Assembly (NCBI GenBank): GCA_051000335.1
Contig: JBPCOK010000135.1
Location: 1 to 53,750 of the forward strand
Source of the DNA: Candidatus Limnocylindria bacterium
Lineage (GTDB): Bacteria; Chloroflexota; Limnocylindria; QHBO01
Direction: 5' to 3'
DNA: 53,750 nt
In this document: in pieces, positions 51,910 through 53,750 of the stretch
How positions within the stretch are numbered: position 1 is the first letter of the stretch
How the letters are laid out: each line of letters starts with the position of its first letter
Position numbers and translations under genes: made by a program
The notes under the pieces: model-generated
What the model saw: only the letters and a program-made list of their open reading frames with translations
What the model was told of the DNA's origin: nothing
The model's database searches: none

Positions 51910-53750
51910 GTGACGACCGTCCAGACCCTCGACATCGGCGAAACCAGCTACGCCTACTACGCGCTCGACCGCGCAGGCGCCTCGGACCTCGCCCATCTCC
52001 CGTACACGGTGAAAGTGCTCCTCGAGAACATGCTGCGCGGGGCGGCGACCCATCCGGACCTCGTCAGCGACGACGACGTCCGCGCCCTCGCGTCATGGGA
52101 CCCGGCACGACCGGCGGAGGCCGAGCTGCCCTTCATGCCGGCCCGCGTGATCCTCCAGGACTTCACCGGCGTCCCCTGCGTCGTGGATCTCGCCGCCATG
52201 CGCGACGCGGTGGCGGAGATCGGTGGGGATCCGTCGAAGATCAATCCGCTCGTGCCGGCGGACCTCGTGATCGATCACTCGGTACAGGTCGACCAGTACG
52301 GAACCGACGCCGCGTTTCTCGTCAACGCGGAGCGCGAGTACGAGCGCAATGGCGAGCGGTACGCCCTGCTCCGCTGGGCACAGCAGGCCTTCGCCGACTT
52401 CCGGGTCGTCCCGCCGGGCACCGGGATCGTGCACCAGGTCAACCTCGAGTTCCTGGCCGATGTCGTGGCCAACCGGGACGGCGTGCTGATCCCGGACACG
52501 CTGGTCGGCACCGATTCCCACACCACGATGATCAACGGCCTCGGCGTGGTGGGCTGGGGCGTGGGCGGCATCGAGGCCGAGGCGGCGCTGCTTGGCCAGC
52601 CCCTCTATCAGCCGATGCCGATCGTCGTGGGCTTCCGCCTCGACGGCGACCTTCCCGCGGGGGCGACGGCAACCGATCTCGTCCTCTTCGTGACCGAAAT
52701 GCTTCGATCTCACGGGGTGGTCGGGAAATTCGTCGAATTCCACGGCCCGGGCCTGTCGCGCCTCGGCCTCGCCGATCGCGCCACGATCAGCAACATGAGC
52801 CCCGAGTTCGGCGCCACAGCGACCCTGTTCCCGATCGACGACGAGACGCTCCGCTATCTGCGCATGACCGGCCGACCGGCCGAGGTGATCGCCCGCGTCG
52901 AGGCGTACGCCCGGGCCCAGGGGATGTTCCGCACCGACGATTCACCGGAGCCACGCTTCAGCGAGTCCCTGAGCCTCGACCTCTCGACCGTGGTGCCCTC
53001 GGTCGCAGGCCCGAGGCGACCGCAGGACCGCGTCGCGCTGACCGATCTTCGGGACAGCTTCCACGCCGCCTTCCCCGATGGGCTTCACACGCACGCCGAC
53101 GGGACGGTCCACGAGCACAGCGCGGTCTCTTCCGACGAAGATCGCGGCACCGTGGACGAGGCAAGTGACGAGTCGTTTCCCGCATCGGATCCGCCGTCGT
53201 ACACGCGTGATCCGAAGGCAGCCGAGCACGAGTCCGCCGCCGCGCCCCGTCCCGATCCCGCGGCGCTCCCGGCTGACGCCCACTATCGCTCCACGGCAAT
53301 CGAGATCGATGGTGAGCCGCACAAGGTGCGAACCGGCTCGGTCGTGATCGCTGCGATCACCTCGTGCACGAATACCAGCAACCCGTCGGTCATGGTTGCC
53401 GCCGGGCTGGTGGCACAGAAGGCGGTCGCGCGCGGTCTGCTCACCAAGCCGTGGGTCAAGACGTCGCTCGCGCCGGGATCGCGCGCCGTGACCGATTACC
53501 TCGAGTCCGCCGGTCTCATGGACTCCCTGAAGGCGCTGCGCTTCCACCTCGTCGGTTATGGCTGCACGACCTGCATCGGCAACTCAGGTCCGCTGGATGT
53601 CGCGGTCGCCGAGGCCATCGAGGGCAGCGATCTGACCGGTGTGGCCGTCCTCTCGGGAAATCGCAACTTCGAGGGACGCATCCATCCGCTGGCACGCGCC
53701 AGCTATCTCGCCTCGCCACCCCTGGTCGTGGCGTTCGCGCTGGCCGGGCG
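51910..53750 (+). CDS. acnA: aconitate hydratase A (N-terminal ~613 aa; runs off the window; absent from the ORF track)
   Basis: GTG 51910 lies 5 nt after AAGGAGG. Hand translation gives [19 protein letters not shown]...[11 protein letters not shown]...[12 protein letters not shown]...VIDHSVQVD...[12 protein letters not shown]...[13 protein letters not shown]...[14 protein letters not shown]...[12 protein letters not shown]...SGNRNFEGR. Confidence 0.95.
   Translation, partial: MTTVQTLDIGETSYAYYALDRAGASDLAHLPYTVKVLLENMLRGAATHPDLVSDDDVRALASWDPARPAEAELPFMPARVILQDFTGVPCVVDLAAMRDAVAEIGGDPSKINPLVPADLVIDHSVQVDQYGTDAAFLVNAEREYERNGERYALLRWAQQAFADFRVVPPGTGIVHQVNLEFLADVVANRDGVLIPDTLVGTDSHTTMINGLGVVGWGVGGIEAEAALLGQPLYQPMPIVVGFRLDGDLPAGATATDLVLFVTEMLRSHGVVGKFVEFHGPGLSRLGLADRATISNMSPEFGATATLFPIDDETLRYLRMTGRPAEVIARVEAYARAQGMFRTDDSPEPRFSESLSLDLSTVVPSVAGPRRPQDRVALTDLRDSFHAAFPDGLHTHADGTVHEHSAVSSDEDRGTVDEASDESFPASDPPSYTRDPKAAEHESAAAPRPDPAALPADAHYRSTAIEIDGEPHKVRTGSVVIAAITSCTNTSNPSVMVAAGLVAQKAVARGLLTKPWVKTSLAPGSRAVTDYLESAGLMDSLKALRFHLVGYGCTTCIGNSGPLDVAVAEAIEGSDLTGVAVLSGNRNFEGRIHPLARASYLASPPLVVAFALAG

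Noticed and set aside
53092-53286. An apparent ~40-50-aa acidic/Pro-rich insertion in aconitase ([65 protein letters not shown]) before the [10 protein letters not shown] motif.
   Set aside because: This inter-domain linker is variable in AcnA proteins, and I recall similar SFPASDP-containing insertions in high-GC Gram-positive aconitases. I cannot call it novel without an alignment.

Overview
This is a visibly GC-rich chromosomal window (third codon positions are almost all G/C) that is densely packed with housekeeping genes. I support about 48 protein genes. I found no rRNA or tRNA genes, no transposase or integrase, and no CRISPR array.

Gene content from left to right:
- A partial VIT/CCC1 transporter.
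- A nine-gene arginine operon on the minus strand (argH-argC-argJ-argB-argR-argG-GNAT-argD-argF), divergent from carA-carB.
- A small membrane protein, divergent from a large secreted lamin-tail-domain (LTD) protein.
- A nucleoside phosphorylase plus a DUF5679-like zinc-ribbon mini-protein.
- A ROK kinase followed by gap-pgk-eno.
- rpsT, a VanW-family protein, and lepA-CPBP protease-hemW.
- A CIRCE element followed by hrcA-grpE-dnaK.
- mscL, xthA and an AlkZ/YcaQ-like glycosylase.
- A CIRCE-like element followed by dnaJ-prmA-rsmE.
- A HIT protein, rpsU-yqeY-7TM-HD (PgpH-like), and ybeY.
- amt plus a tiny membrane ORF, and a FAD oxidoreductase.
- pth-mfd, a membrane adenylate cyclase, and a partial aconitase.

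The supplied ORF track is flooded with Arg/Pro/Gly-rich off-frame and antisense ORFs, which is typical of high-GC DNA. Many true genes needed their starts trimmed. Three real genes are missing from the track: the VIT gene at the left edge, rpsU (59 aa, TTG start) and acn at the right edge.

I do not see a convincing novel multi-gene system such as a defence island or biosynthetic cluster. The most unusual observations are:
- A CarB that lacks the C-terminal allosteric domain.
- An internally duplicated LTD surface protein with no catalytic domain.
- Pervasive -10 boxes 6-11 nt upstream of start codons, which imply leaderless mRNAs. These include two back-to-back in a 42-bp divergent gap.
- A heat-shock operon split from dnaJ, where dnaJ carries its own symmetric CIRCE variant.
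- An S20 protein with a long basic tail.
- An MscL with a zinc-ribbon tail.
- A GTTGC/GCAAC palindrome array upstream of an amt gene that has no glnK partner.

All functional calls come from motif recognition by eye. No database search was run.
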